Below are positions 36,163 to 46,083 of a stretch of DNA of 64,000 bases, in pieces; the stretch's first letter is position 1; each line of letters starts with the position of its first letter. A program made the position numbers and the translations under genes. The DNA is taken from assembly GCA_963752815.1 (NCBI GenBank), contig CAVVZI010000001.1:20709-84708 (forward strand). The letters are read 5' to 3'. Source of the DNA: Ilumatobacteraceae bacterium. Its GTDB lineage: Bacteria; Actinomycetota; Acidimicrobiia; Acidimicrobiales; Ilumatobacteraceae. The notes under the pieces were generated by a model. The model was not told the origin of the DNA. It was given only the letters and a program-made list of their open reading frames with translations, and searched no databases.

Positions 36163-36948
36163 ATGCCCCACGCCGACGTCAATGGTCAACGCATCTGGTT
36201 CGAGGACTCCGGCGGTGCTGGCCCCGCAGTGATCCTGGCGCACGGATTCCTGATGGACACCGACATGTTCGCCCACCAGGTCAGCGCGCTGGCACCGAAC
36301 TATCGGGTGATCACGTGGGACGAGCGGGGATTCGGGCAGACGGAGTTCGACGGTGAGCCGTTCACCTACTGGGATTCCGCCGACGACTGCCTCGGGCTGC
36401 TCGACCACCTCGGCATCGAACGGGCGGTGGTGGGCGGGATGAGCCAGGGGGGATTCATTTCGCTGCGGGTCGCGTTGCGCGCTCCGGAGCGGGTGCGCGG
36501 GCTGATCCTGCTCGACACGCAGGCCGGCGTCGAGGATCCGGAGGTTGTTGCGGGGTACGACCAGATGCGCGACATGTGGCTGTCGGTCGGACCGGTCGAC
36601 GAACTCGCCGACAACGTCGCCAACCTCATCATCGGCGATCCCGCGGTGAACCCCTTCTGGGTGGCCAAGTGGCAGGCGCGTCCCAAAGAACTCTTCGCCC
36701 AGCCCTACGCCACGCTGGTGAGCCGCGACGACGTCACGGACCGGCTCGGTGAGATCACCTGCCCCGCCGTCGTGATCCACGGCACCGAGGACACCTCGAT
36801 CACGATGGATCGGGCCGAGGCACTGGCGGATGGACTGCCGGGCGCGGGGCCGGTGGTCAAGGTCGGCGGTGCGCACGCCGCCAACCTCACGAACCCTGGC
36901 CCGGTGAACGCGGCGATCGTCGAGTTCCTCGAGTCGATCGGCGACTGA
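36163..36948 (+). CDS. Alpha/beta hydrolase
   Basis: ILAHGF, the nucleophile elbow GMSQGG and a C-terminal HGTEDT. Confidence 0.8.
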   Translation: MPHADVNGQRIWFEDSGGAGPAVILAHGFLMDTDMFAHQVSALAPNYRVITWDERGFGQTEFDGEPFTYWDSADDCLGLLDHLGIERAVVGGMSQGGFISLRVALRAPERVRGLILLDTQAGVEDPEVVAGYDQMRDMWLSVGPVDELADNVANLIIGDPAVNPFWVAKWQARPKELFAQPYATLVSRDDVTDRLGEITCPAVVIHGTEDTSITMDRAEALADGLPGAGPVVKVGGAHAANLTNPGPVNAAIVEFLESIGD

Positions 36949-36951
36949 CGG

Positions 36952-37701
36952 GTGGCGTTGCAGATCTTCGGTGTCGTCGGTCTCCCCGAAATCGAGGCGG
37001 GCGGCGACATCGCAGCGCTCGTCGTCGAGGCCGCCTCGGTGTCGGGCGCGCCGTTGGAGGACGGCGACGTCGTCGTGGTGACCTCGAAAATCGTGTCGAA
37101 GGCCGAGGGCTGTGCGATCGAGCTCGACGACGTCGAGCCGTCGACGTTCGCCGAGTCGTGGGCGGCGAGGTGGGACAAGGATCCCCGGGTCGTCGAGGTC
37201 GTGCTGCGCGAGTCGCGTCGCATCGTCCGCCAGATCGGGCCGGTGCTGATCACCGAGACCCATCACGGTTTCATCTGCGCCAACTCCGGCGTCGACCAGT
37301 CGTCGAGTGGCGCACACGGCCGGGTGCTCGTACTCCCGCTCGATCCGGACGCATCGGCTCGCCGCTTGCGGTCGCGTTTCGCCGAACTCGGCGTCGACGT
37401 CGCGGTGGTCGTCAGCGACACGTTCGGCCGGCCATGGCGGGAAGGGCAGACCGACATCGCGATCGGTGTCGCCGGGATCGCCCCGCTGTACAGCTACATC
37501 GGCCAGCACGACCCGCACGGCCATGAGTTCCGCGTGCAGGAGATCTGTGTCGTCGACGAACTCGCCGCGGCAGCCGAACTGGTGAAGGGCAACACGAGCC
37601 GCGTGCCGGTAGCGGTGATTCGCGGCCACGACTGGACCGTCGACGACACGGCGTCGATGGCCCCGGTCCTCCGCGACGCCGAACGCGACCTCTTCCGCTG
37701 A
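36952..37701 (+). CDS. cofE: Coenzyme F420-0:L-glutamate ligase (single-domain CofE)
   Basis: VVVTSKIVSKAEG...ETHHGFICANSGVDQSS...VSDTFGRPWREGQTDIAIG. 249 aa with no C-terminal nitroreductase domain. Confidence 0.85.
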   Translation: MALQIFGVVGLPEIEAGGDIAALVVEAASVSGAPLEDGDVVVVTSKIVSKAEGCAIELDDVEPSTFAESWAARWDKDPRVVEVVLRESRRIVRQIGPVLITETHHGFICANSGVDQSSSGAHGRVLVLPLDPDASARRLRSRFAELGVDVAVVVSDTFGRPWREGQTDIAIGVAGIAPLYSYIGQHDPHGHEFRVQEICVVDELAAAAELVKGNTSRVPVAVIRGHDWTVDDTASMAPVLRDAERDLFR

Positions 37702-37781
37702 ACCTGTCGCGTGGGGTCAGGCACTTCGCGACAGGTCGCGATCGCCACCTGTTACGAAGTGCCTGACCCCGCGCGACAGGT
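37702..37781. terminator. 80-nt nested palindrome exactly filling the convergent gap between cofE and the M20 peptidase
   Basis: 35-nt arms 37702-37736 and 37747-37781 match at 32 of 35 positions. Each arm is itself a hairpin (ACCTGTCGCG..CGCGACAGGT). Confidence 0.55.
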
Positions 37782-39130
37782 CAGGTCAGGAGGTCTTTGG
37801 CGATGCCGTAGAAGTAGTTGGCCGACAGGCCGAGCGACTCGGTGTCGATCCGCTCGTCGTTGCCGTGGAAGCGGGTGCCGAACGAGGCGAAGTCCATCGA
37901 CGGCGAGAACAGTCCGGCGCCGTACGCCACCCGGCCACGCGTCCGGTAGAACCGGGCATCGGTGCCGCCGACGATCAACCCCGGAATGAGCCGGGCCCCG
38001 GGATAGGCCACCTGCGTGTGCTTGGTCAGCGTGTCCCACAGCGGGTTGCCGTCACCGAACTCGGACCGGGTGGGGTCGGAGTGTTGCAGGACGCTCACCT
38101 CCACGTGGTCGTACAGCTCCCCGAGGGCCTTGCGGAGGTGGGCCTCGACATCCTCGGGGCTCGTGCCGGGCACCGTGCGGATGTCGAGGTCGATGTCGAC
38201 CGCGTCGGGGATCGTGTTGGTCTTCTGCCCGCCGTGCACCACGTTCGGTGAGAACGTCGTGTGGGTGTGCGCGTGACACGTCCGGGCGACGGCGGTGGGC
38301 AGCGCTTCGAGCGTCTCCCAGATGTGGTCGGGCGACCGGAGACCGGCGAGCACGTCAGCGGGCAGATCCATCGCATCGACCTGCGCGTTCCACAGGTCGT
38401 CGATGTGGGCGGCCGGACGGTACGCCGCCAGCCGGCGCACGACCTCGGCCGCCTTCACCAGCGCGTTGTCGCTCCCGAAGGGCATCGAACCGTGCCCGGG
38501 CGTCCCGCCGACACGGAGCCGGCGCCAGGCCAGGCCCTTCTCGCCGACGTTGATCGTGACGGCGCGATCTCCGTGCGGATCGATCGACGACCAGCCTCCG
38601 AGCTCGGTCAGGACGTAGTCGGCGTCGATGACGTCCCAGTGGTGCTCGGCCATCCAGTCGGCACCCCACACGCCGCCCGCCTCCTCGTCGGCCACGCCGA
38701 AGTAGATGAGGTCGCCCTTGGGCTTGAACCCTTCGGTGGCGAGGCGGCGGAAAGCGACGGCCATCGACGAGGTGAGATTCAGCATGTCGATCGCCCCGCG
38801 ACCCCACACCTCGCCGTCGATCACCTCACCGGCGAACGGATCGTGCCGCCACCCGTCGGGGTTCACCGGCACGACATCGGTGTGCCCCATCAGGCAGAGC
38901 GACGGCGCATCCGGGTCGGAACCCTCGATCCGGGCGACCAACGAGTCACGCCCCGGTCGAGGGGTGAAGGTCTCGACCTCGAGCCCTCCACCTTCGAGGT
39001 AGTCGACGAGCAGGTCGGCGTTCCGTGTCTCCTCGCCGGAGTCGGGGGTGCCGTCGTTGACGCATTGGTTGCGGATCAGCGCTTGCAGCAGTTCCGTGGT
39101 CGGGCCAGTGAACTCATCGGGAGACGACAT
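37781..39130 (-). CDS. M20 family metallopeptidase (dipeptidase/ArgE-DapE-like)
   Basis: LCLMGHTDVVP, GVADEEAGG, and the dimerisation plus catalytic domain layout. The start is ATG 39130. Confidence 0.8.
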   Translation of the reverse strand: MSSPDEFTGPTTELLQALIRNQCVNDGTPDSGEETRNADLLVDYLEGGGLEVETFTPRPGRDSLVARIEGSDPDAPSLCLMGHTDVVPVNPDGWRHDPFAGEVIDGEVWGRGAIDMLNLTSSMAVAFRRLATEGFKPKGDLIYFGVADEEAGGVWGADWMAEHHWDVIDADYVLTELGGWSSIDPHGDRAVTINVGEKGLAWRRLRVGGTPGHGSMPFGSDNALVKAAEVVRRLAAYRPAAHIDDLWNAQVDAMDLPADVLAGLRSPDHIWETLEALPTAVARTCHAHTHTTFSPNVVHGGQKTNTIPDAVDIDLDIRTVPGTSPEDVEAHLRKALGELYDHVEVSVLQHSDPTRSEFGDGNPLWDTLTKHTQVAYPGARLIPGLIVGGTDARFYRTRGRVAYGAGLFSPSMDFASFGTRFHGNDERIDTESLGLSANYFYGIAKDLLT

Positions 39131-41720
39131 GACGCCACGGTAGCGAGCCATGCGGTCGGCGGCAGGTCGGCTTCACTCGAGCTTGCGGATCAGCGAATCT
39201 CCGATCGGCATCGTCGTCGGCGAGTCGGATCACGGCATCCGTGACGACGGTACCGTCGCTCGACGCGATCACCGGATTGAGGTCGAGGTCGCGAACGCGG
39301 GGCTGGTCCGAGGCGAGCTGGGCGGCCTGCACGATGACGTCGACGACCGCGGACGGGTCGATGTCGGCCTCGACGAGCGCCGTCAGCACACGCGTCTCGC
39401 CGAGCATCGTGCGCGCCACGGCGGGCGAGACCGGGGCGAGGCGGCTCGTCCGGTCGGCGATCACCTCCGCTTGGGCGCCACCGAGCCCCACACTCACGAT
39501 CGCGCCGAGCCGCTCGTCGTGTTCGCAGTGCACGCGGAGATCGACGCCGGGCGAGGCCATCGACTGGACGATCAAATCGTCGGCGTCCGTGCCCAGTGCC
39601 TCGACGATCGTGTCCACCGCACGTTGGGCGGCCGAGGCGGAGGCGATGTCGAGCGCCACCCCGGACCGTGCGGAGCGGCCCGGACGCCGTCGGACGGCCT
39701 TGATGGCGACCGGATACCCGATCGCGTTCGCGGTCTCGACCGCCGTTGCCGGCGACGCTTCGACGGCGGCCGGAAACGTCACTCCGTACGCCTGCAGCAG
39801 TTGGCGACATTCCTCGAGTCGAGGTTCGGATCGCCCGTCCTCGACCACATGATCGATGATGCGGCGGGCGACCTCCGGATCCACCGGGCGCACCGGTCCC
39901 ATCTCGATCGCGGAATCGCTCGCCAGCCAACGCCCGTAGGCATACGCGTGGCCGAGAACGGCGGCCGCCTGCTCCGGGAAGGCGAATGCCGGCACGGCCG
40001 AACCGCGCACGACCGGGCCGTCGGTTCCCCCGAGCAGCACGGCAACGACGGGCTTGCTCGCGCCGACGGCCGCCCGGTGGATGTGCAGTGCGGCGACGTC
40101 GACGTCACCTTCGACCGCGGGCGCGTGGATGACGAGGAGTCCGTGGATCTGCTCGTCGTCCAGGGCCGTCTCGATCGCGGACTCGTAGTCGTTGGCCGAT
40201 GACCGCCAGTCGAGCGGGCGCGGCGGGTCGACCGCGACCAGTCCGGCATGCTCGAGCGCCGCGGCGGCGAGCACGGTCGGGCTGCGTGAGTTGCTGATCA
40301 CGGCGATGTTCGGTCCGCGGGGATGTGGCTGTGTGGCGAGCACCCGAGCGGTGTCGAGGAGCGCCGGTACCGTCGGTACCTCGATGACGCCGGCCTGCTG
40401 GTACAGCGCGCTGCTCGCCGCACCGACCGACGCCGATCCCGTGCGGACGGCGACGATCGGTTTGGTGCGGGAGACCCGTCGCGCGATCCGGGCGAACTTG
40501 CGCGGGTTGCCGAACGACTCGGTGTAGATGGCGACCACGCGGGTGTTGGTGTCCTCCTCCCAGAACTGCAGGAGGTCGTTGGCCGAGACGTCGGCCTTGT
40601 CGCCGAGCGAGACGAACCAGGAGATTCCGAGGTCCAGGTCGCGGGCGCGACGCAGCAACGAGCTGGCGAGCGACCCGGATTGCATCGAGATCGCAACGCG
40701 ACCGACCGGCAGCGTGACCCGGACGAGGGCGGCCTGCAGCGAGGCGTCCGGCCGTGCCGACGCCACGCCCATGCTGGACGGCCCGATGATGCGCAGACCG
40801 TTGCGGCGGGCGCGCGCCACCATCGCCGCGACGTCGACGTCGGTCCCGTCGACCGAGGTGATCACGATGGCGCCGCGCATGTGCTTGGCGATGCAGGCGT
40901 CGATCGTGTCGTCCAGGTGTTGCGCGGGAACGGCGACGACGGCGAGTGACACGTCGTCGGGGAGGTCGGCAACCGAAGCGTGGCACGGGTGGTCGCCGAG
41001 CATGGTCCGGGCCGGGTTGACCGCGTGCACCGGCACGCTCGTGTTCGCCGTGACGCTGTCCCAGATCGCGGCGCCGACCGAGCCGGGCCGGTCGGACGCG
41101 CCGATCACCGCGATCGCCCGCGGGATCAAGAGGCGCACGACGGCGCGCGAGTCGGCCCGTTGTTCGCGGCGCTCGACGCTGTCGAGGAACTCGTCCGTGG
41201 TGGCGAGTTCCCAGTCGAGGTCGACCACTCCCGAGTCGAAGCGGCGTTGCAGCGGCCAGCCCGACTTGGCGAACACGGCGAGCATCGGCCGGTTGTCGGC
41301 CAGCACCTCGGCGGTGAACCGATCGATGCCGTTCGACCGGGCGATCGCGGCGAGGTGTTCGAGCAGGAGCGTCGCGATGCCCTCACCCTGGTGGGCGTCG
41401 TCGACCATGAACGCCGCTTCGGCCTCGGAACGGCCTGGCCACCGCTCGTAGCTCGCCCACGCGATGAACTCGCCGTGCGACTCGACCGCCAGGGCGACGC
41501 GGTCGGTCATGTCGATGTGGGTGAAGTGGTGGAGATCCCGCTCGCTCAGCTCTGGCTTCGGCGAGAAGTACCGGCGATAGATGCTGTCCTTGGACTGCCG
41601 GCGGTGAAACGTCGCGAGGGCGTCGCGGTCGTCCGGCGTGAGCGGACGGATCACCGCGATGTCACCGTTGCCGAGGACGACCGTCGATTCCCACGGTGAA
41701 GTGTCGGTGGGCGACGGCAT
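39114..41720 (-). CDS. Pat-type protein acetyltransferase: N-terminal GNAT fused to an NDP-forming acyl-CoA synthetase-like region
   Basis: GNAT motif FMVDDAHQGEGIATLLLEHL, then a CoA-binding region (IAVIGASDRPGSVG), a ligase-CoA region and an ATP-grasp-like region. The start is ATG 41720. The upstream 137 codons of the ORF are Arg-rich junk. Confidence 0.8.
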   Translation of the reverse strand: MPSPTDTSPWESTVVLGNGDIAVIRPLTPDDRDALATFHRRQSKDSIYRRYFSPKPELSERDLHHFTHIDMTDRVALAVESHGEFIAWASYERWPGRSEAEAAFMVDDAHQGEGIATLLLEHLAAIARSNGIDRFTAEVLADNRPMLAVFAKSGWPLQRRFDSGVVDLDWELATTDEFLDSVERREQRADSRAVVRLLIPRAIAVIGASDRPGSVGAAIWDSVTANTSVPVHAVNPARTMLGDHPCHASVADLPDDVSLAVVAVPAQHLDDTIDACIAKHMRGAIVITSVDGTDVDVAAMVARARRNGLRIIGPSSMGVASARPDASLQAALVRVTLPVGRVAISMQSGSLASSLLRRARDLDLGISWFVSLGDKADVSANDLLQFWEEDTNTRVVAIYTESFGNPRKFARIARRVSRTKPIVAVRTGSASVGAASSALYQQAGVIEVPTVPALLDTARVLATQPHPRGPNIAVISNSRSPTVLAAAALEHAGLVAVDPPRPLDWRSSANDYESAIETALDDEQIHGLLVIHAPAVEGDVDVAALHIHRAAVGASKPVVAVLLGGTDGPVVRGSAVPAFAFPEQAAAVLGHAYAYGRWLASDSAIEMGPVRPVDPEVARRIIDHVVEDGRSEPRLEECRQLLQAYGVTFPAAVEASPATAVETANAIGYPVAIKAVRRRPGRSARSGVALDIASASAAQRAVDTIVEALGTDADDLIVQSMASPGVDLRVHCEHDERLGAIVSVGLGGAQAEVIADRTSRLAPVSPAVARTMLGETRVLTALVEADIDPSAVVDVIVQAAQLASDQPRVRDLDLNPVIASSDGTVVTDAVIRLADDDADRRFADPQARVKPTCRRPHGSLPWRHVVSR

Positions 41721-41845
41721 CGTCCCAGCATCGCATTTCCGGGCACGGGTGGGTGGGAGCGGATCGTCGCCGGTGAGTGTGCGGGGTCGGCGGGGGATGG
41801 GTGGGCGGATCGGACGGGATGGGTGCGAGTGCGTAGGGTGTCGCC

Positions 41846-42868
41846 GTGGCAACGCCCATCCACGTCTTCGCCAGCCCCGACCTCGACGAGCATCTGACGC
41901 CGCCGTGGCATCCCGAGCGGCGCGGCCGGGTCGAGGCCGCGCTCGCCGGTGTTCCGGCGGCGGGACTCGATGGTGCATACGAACTGCGCGAGCCCTCGAT
42001 CGGCTCGCTCGCTGACATCGGGCGCGTGCACACGCCTGCCTACATCGACCGGCTCGAGCAGTTCTGTTCCTCCGGTGGTGGCGAGCTCGATGCCGACACG
42101 TCCGTCGTCCCAGGTTCGTGGCCCACCGCACTCCGTGCGGTCGGCGCGGTGCTCGATGCCGTCGCGGCGCTCGAGGCCGGCGAGTGCGACGTCGCGTTCG
42201 CGGCGAACCGGCCGCCCGGACATCACGCGGTGGCCAACGGGGCGATGGGATTCTGTCTCTTCAACAGCGTCGCCGTCGCCGCGGCGAAGCTCGCGGCGCG
42301 CGGCGAACGGGTGGCCATCGTCGACTGGGACGTGCACCACGGCAACGGCACCCAGGACATCTTCTACGACGACGAGCGCGTGCTGTACGTGTCGACGCAC
42401 GAGTCGCCGCTCTATCCCGGAACGGGGCGGACCACCGAGACGGGCGGCCCCAACGCACCGATGTCGAATTTCAATCTGCCGTTCCCCGCGGGCACACGCG
42501 GTGACGTGTATCGGCAGGCGTTCGACGAACTCGTCGCCCCGATCGTGGAGTCGCATCGCCCCGACTGGCTGTTCATCTCCGCCGGCTTCGACGGCCACCG
42601 CAACGATCCGCTCGCCGGCCTCGAACTCACCTCCGCCGACTTCGCCGACCTCGCGGTGCGCCTGCAGGCGCTCGTGCCCGCCCGGCGAACGGTCGTCGTG
42701 CTGGAAGGCGGCTACGACTTCGACGCGCTGTCGATGTCGACCGGTGCGGTCCTCGCGGCGATGATCGGGGAGGAACACCGGCCCGAATCGGCGTCGCACG
42801 GCGAGATCGGGCTGCCGACGATCGCCGCAGCCAAGCAGCAGTGGGACCTGCGGGAGTTGCTTCAGTGA
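41846..42868 (+). CDS. Histone deacetylase-family (zinc-dependent) deacetylase / acetoin utilisation AcuC-like
   Basis: RPPGHHA, DWDVHHGNGTQ and SAGFDGHRNDPL motifs. Confidence 0.85.
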   Translation: MATPIHVFASPDLDEHLTPPWHPERRGRVEAALAGVPAAGLDGAYELREPSIGSLADIGRVHTPAYIDRLEQFCSSGGGELDADTSVVPGSWPTALRAVGAVLDAVAALEAGECDVAFAANRPPGHHAVANGAMGFCLFNSVAVAAAKLAARGERVAIVDWDVHHGNGTQDIFYDDERVLYVSTHESPLYPGTGRTTETGGPNAPMSNFNLPFPAGTRGDVYRQAFDELVAPIVESHRPDWLFISAGFDGHRNDPLAGLELTSADFADLAVRLQALVPARRTVVVLEGGYDFDALSMSTGAVLAAMIGEEHRPESASHGEIGLPTIAAAKQQWDLRELLQ

Positions 42869-44004
42869 GTTGGGAGCTGTCGGCCGATCACGAGCTGTTG
42901 CGGACCACGGTGCGCGAGTTCGCCGAGGGTGAGATCGCCCCGCACGCCGCCCGGTGGGACCGCGAGCATCATTTCCCGCTCGACGTGGTGCGCCAGATGG
43001 GCGAACTCGGCCTGTTCGGCATCGTGTTCCCCGAGCAGTGGGGCGGCGGTGGCGGGGATTTCGCGGCGTTGTGTGTGGCCATCGAGGAACTCGGTCGCGT
43101 CGACCAGTCGATGGGGATCACGCTGTCGGCCGGTGTGGGGCTCGGCGCCAACCCCATCTTCCGCTTCGGCACCGACGAACAGCGTGATCGGTGGTTGCCC
43201 GACCTGGTCGCCGGGCGCTCGCTGGGAGCGTTCGGGTTGACCGAACCCGACGGTGGGTCGGACGCGGGCGCCACGCGGACGCGGGCGGTGCAGGCCGGCG
43301 ACTCGTGGGTGCTCGACGGATCGAAGGCGTTCATCACGAACTGCGGCACCGAGATCACCTCGATCGTCACGGCGACGGCACGTACCGACGACGGCATCTC
43401 GGCATTCGTCGTGCCGGCAGGCACCCCCGGCATGACCATCGAGCCGCCGTACGACAAGCTCGGCTGGCACGCCAGCGACACGCACGGCATCACCTTCGAC
43501 CACTGCGAGATCCCGGAGGAGAACCTGCTCGGCCAACCGGGGAAGGGCTTCCGCAACTTCCTGTCGATCCTCGACGACGGGCGCATCGCCATCTCCGCGC
43601 TGGCACTCGGGTCGGCGCGGGCCTGTCTCGAGCTGTCGACGGAGTACGCGCAGCAGCGCAACGCGTTCGGCGGGCCGATCGGCCGGTTCCAGGGCCTCGC
43701 GTTCCAACTGTCCGACCTCGCCGTGCAGGTCGAGAACGCGCACAACCTCACCTACAAGGCGGCGTGGTTGAAGGATCAAGGTCGCCCGATCGGCAAGGCC
43801 GCGGCCATGGCCAAGCTCTATTCGACCGAGGCGGCGATGGACGCGGCCCGCGTGGCCACCCAGGTGTTCGGCGGCATGGGCTTCATGGAGGAGTCCCCGG
43901 TCGCCCGGTTCTACCGTGACGCCAAGATCCTCGAGATCGGTGAAGGCACGAGCGAGATCCAACGCCTCGTGATCGCCCGCCACCTCGGCTTGCCCGTCGA
44001 GTAG
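42865..44004 (+). CDS. Acyl-CoA dehydrogenase
   Basis: The GTG at 42865 overlaps the deacetylase stop (GTGA). Contains GLTEPDGGSDA, and the catalytic-base region YRDAKILEIGEGTSEIQR. Confidence 0.9.
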   Translation: MSWELSADHELLRTTVREFAEGEIAPHAARWDREHHFPLDVVRQMGELGLFGIVFPEQWGGGGGDFAALCVAIEELGRVDQSMGITLSAGVGLGANPIFRFGTDEQRDRWLPDLVAGRSLGAFGLTEPDGGSDAGATRTRAVQAGDSWVLDGSKAFITNCGTEITSIVTATARTDDGISAFVVPAGTPGMTIEPPYDKLGWHASDTHGITFDHCEIPEENLLGQPGKGFRNFLSILDDGRIAISALALGSARACLELSTEYAQQRNAFGGPIGRFQGLAFQLSDLAVQVENAHNLTYKAAWLKDQGRPIGKAAAMAKLYSTEAAMDAARVATQVFGGMGFMEESPVARFYRDAKILEIGEGTSEIQRLVIARHLGLPVE

Positions 44005-44013
44005 ACGGGCAAG
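43989..44013. terminator. 10-bp hairpin spanning the acyl-CoA dehydrogenase stop codon, in a convergent gap with pckG
   Basis: CTTGCCCGTC GAGTA GACGGGCAAG is a perfect hairpin. Confidence 0.4.
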
Positions 44014-44043
44014 CGCTAGGCAGGCCGCCTCAGGCCCAGAAAA

Positions 44044-45834
44044 TCAGGCGAGGTTGGCTTCGAGGGTGTCGACGGCGACGGTGAGCGACGCCGGGAGCCG
44101 GTCTCCGAACGCACCGAAGTGCTCGCGGATCTGCGGCACGGCAGCCTTCCACCCGTCGACGTCGACCGACAGCAGCGTGTCGAGGTCGGCGTCGTCGATG
44201 TCGAGCCCGTTGGTGTCGAGCGAGTCCTTCGTGGGGAGCTTGCCGATCGGCGTGTCGATCGCGTCGACGTCACCGTTGACCCGCTCGAACACCCACTTCA
44301 ACACCCGGCTGTTCTCACCGAAGCCCGGCCACAGGAAGCGACCGTCCTCGTCGCGACGGAACCAGTTGACGAAGAAGATCCGCGGCAGCTTCGCCGGGTC
44401 GGTGTGCTTCTCCATCGTCAGCCAGTGGGCGAAGTAGTCGGCGAAGTTGTAGCCGCAGAACGGCAGCATCGCCATCGGATCGAACCGCAGGTTGCCCACC
44501 GCGCCCTGCTGGGCCGCCGTGGTCTCCGAGGCCATGATCGAGCCGAGGAACACGCCGTGTTCCCAGTCGTTGGCCTCGGTGACGAGGGGGACCGTGGTGC
44601 GCCGGCGGCCACCGAAGAGGATGGCCGAGATCGGCACGCCGGCGGGGTCTTCCCACTCCGGGGCGATCGACGGGCACTGCGACGCCGGGGCGGTGAAGCG
44701 GGCGTTCGGGTGCGCGGCCGGCGTGTCGATCTCGGGGTTCCACGGGTTGCCCCGCCAGTCGGTGGCGCGGGCCGGAGGGGTGTCGGTCATGCCCTCCCAC
44801 CACACGTCACCGTCGTCGGTGAGCGCCGTGTTCGTGTAGATGCAGTTGCCCCACAGGGTGTCCATCGCGTTGGCGTTGGTGTCGTAGCCGGTGCCGGGGG
44901 CGACACCGAAGAAGCCGGCCTCCGGGTTGATGGCGAACAGCCGGCCGTCGTCGCCGAACTTCATCCAGCAGATGTCGTCACCGATCGTCTCGGCCTTCCA
45001 GCCCGGGATCGTCGGCACGAGCATCGCCAGGTTGGTCTTGCCGCACGCCGACGGGAACGCGGCGGCGATGTACTTCGACGCACCGGCCGGGTTGGTGAGC
45101 TTGAGGATCAACATGTGCTCGGCGAGCCAGCCGTCGTCGCGGGCCATCACCGACGCGATGCGCAACGCGAAGCACTTCTTGCCGAGCAGGGCGTTGCCGC
45201 CGTAGCCCGACCCGTACGACCAGATCTCCCGCGTGGCGGGGAAGTGGACGATGTACTTGTTCTCGCCGTCGCACGGCCACGGCACGTCGGCTTCGCCCTC
45301 GGCGAGCGGAGCGCCGACCGAATGCAGGCACGGCACCCAATCGCCGGTGCCGAGCACGTCGAGGGCCTGCTGGCCCATCCGGGTCATGATGCGCATCGAC
45401 GCGGCGACGTAGGCGGAATCGGTCAACTGCACGCCGATGTGGGCGATCGGCGAGCCGAGCGGGCCCATCGAGAACGGCACGACGTACATCGTGCGGCCCT
45501 TCATGCAACCGGTGTAGAGCTTGGTCATCTCGGCGCGCATCTCGGCCGGATCGCGCCAGTTGTTGTTCGGGCCGGCCTCGTCGGCGGTGTCGGAGCAGAT
45601 GAACGTGCGATCCTCGACGCGAGCGACGTCGGCGGGATCGGAGTGGGCCCAGTAGCTGTTCGGCCGCTTCGCCTCGTCGAGCTTGGTGAAGGTGCCCGAG
45701 TCGACCAGCGCCTGGCACAGGCTCTCGTACTCGTCTGCCGACCCGTCACACCAGTAGATGTCGTCGGGCTGCATGATCGATGCCCATTCGGCCACCCATT
45801 CCTCGAGACGCTGGTTGCTGGTCACTCCGCTCAT
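44044..45834 (-). CDS. pckG: Phosphoenolpyruvate carboxykinase (GTP)
   Basis: 596 aa with [14 protein letters not shown] (kinase-1a) and the [26 protein letters not shown] region. Confidence 0.95.
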   Translation of the reverse strand: MSGVTSNQRLEEWVAEWASIMQPDDIYWCDGSADEYESLCQALVDSGTFTKLDEAKRPNSYWAHSDPADVARVEDRTFICSDTADEAGPNNNWRDPAEMRAEMTKLYTGCMKGRTMYVVPFSMGPLGSPIAHIGVQLTDSAYVAASMRIMTRMGQQALDVLGTGDWVPCLHSVGAPLAEGEADVPWPCDGENKYIVHFPATREIWSYGSGYGGNALLGKKCFALRIASVMARDDGWLAEHMLILKLTNPAGASKYIAAAFPSACGKTNLAMLVPTIPGWKAETIGDDICWMKFGDDGRLFAINPEAGFFGVAPGTGYDTNANAMDTLWGNCIYTNTALTDDGDVWWEGMTDTPPARATDWRGNPWNPEIDTPAAHPNARFTAPASQCPSIAPEWEDPAGVPISAILFGGRRRTTVPLVTEANDWEHGVFLGSIMASETTAAQQGAVGNLRFDPMAMLPFCGYNFADYFAHWLTMEKHTDPAKLPRIFFVNWFRRDEDGRFLWPGFGENSRVLKWVFERVNGDVDAIDTPIGKLPTKDSLDTNGLDIDDADLDTLLSVDVDGWKAAVPQIREHFGAFGDRLPASLTVAVDTLEANLA

Positions 45835-46083
45835 CTGGGCTCCTCGTCGAGTTCGATGTGAGATCGTGTGCCGACGCTCGGTGACTGAGCGCCGGTTGAG
45901 GTTCGTCCGAACCGGTACTCAGCGTACGGGTCGGACGTGCCGTCGACGAAAACCGGCCGATCGAATCGACGGATTCCCGTGATCGCCCAAACCGATCGTT
46001 ACGGACCGACCGGCACGGGCCGATGGCCGCGCTCTACCGGCAGGAGCGGCGAATCGCGTCGGCAGTAGCGGGCGGGTGGCCGC

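Noticed and set aside
35179-37629. 816-aa minus-strand ORF read as a single giant gene
   Set aside because: Only the last roughly 300 codons are MenB. The upstream part is antisense to the alpha/beta hydrolase and cofE genes and translates to Arg/Asp/His-rich junk.
41721-42131. 137-codon N-terminal extension of the Pat ORF, and the similar 257-codon extension of ORF 8567-10804
   Set aside because: They are Arg/Pro-rich, overlap the neighbouring gene or promoter, and the family-typical N-terminus begins at the internal ATG 41720 (and GTG 9338).
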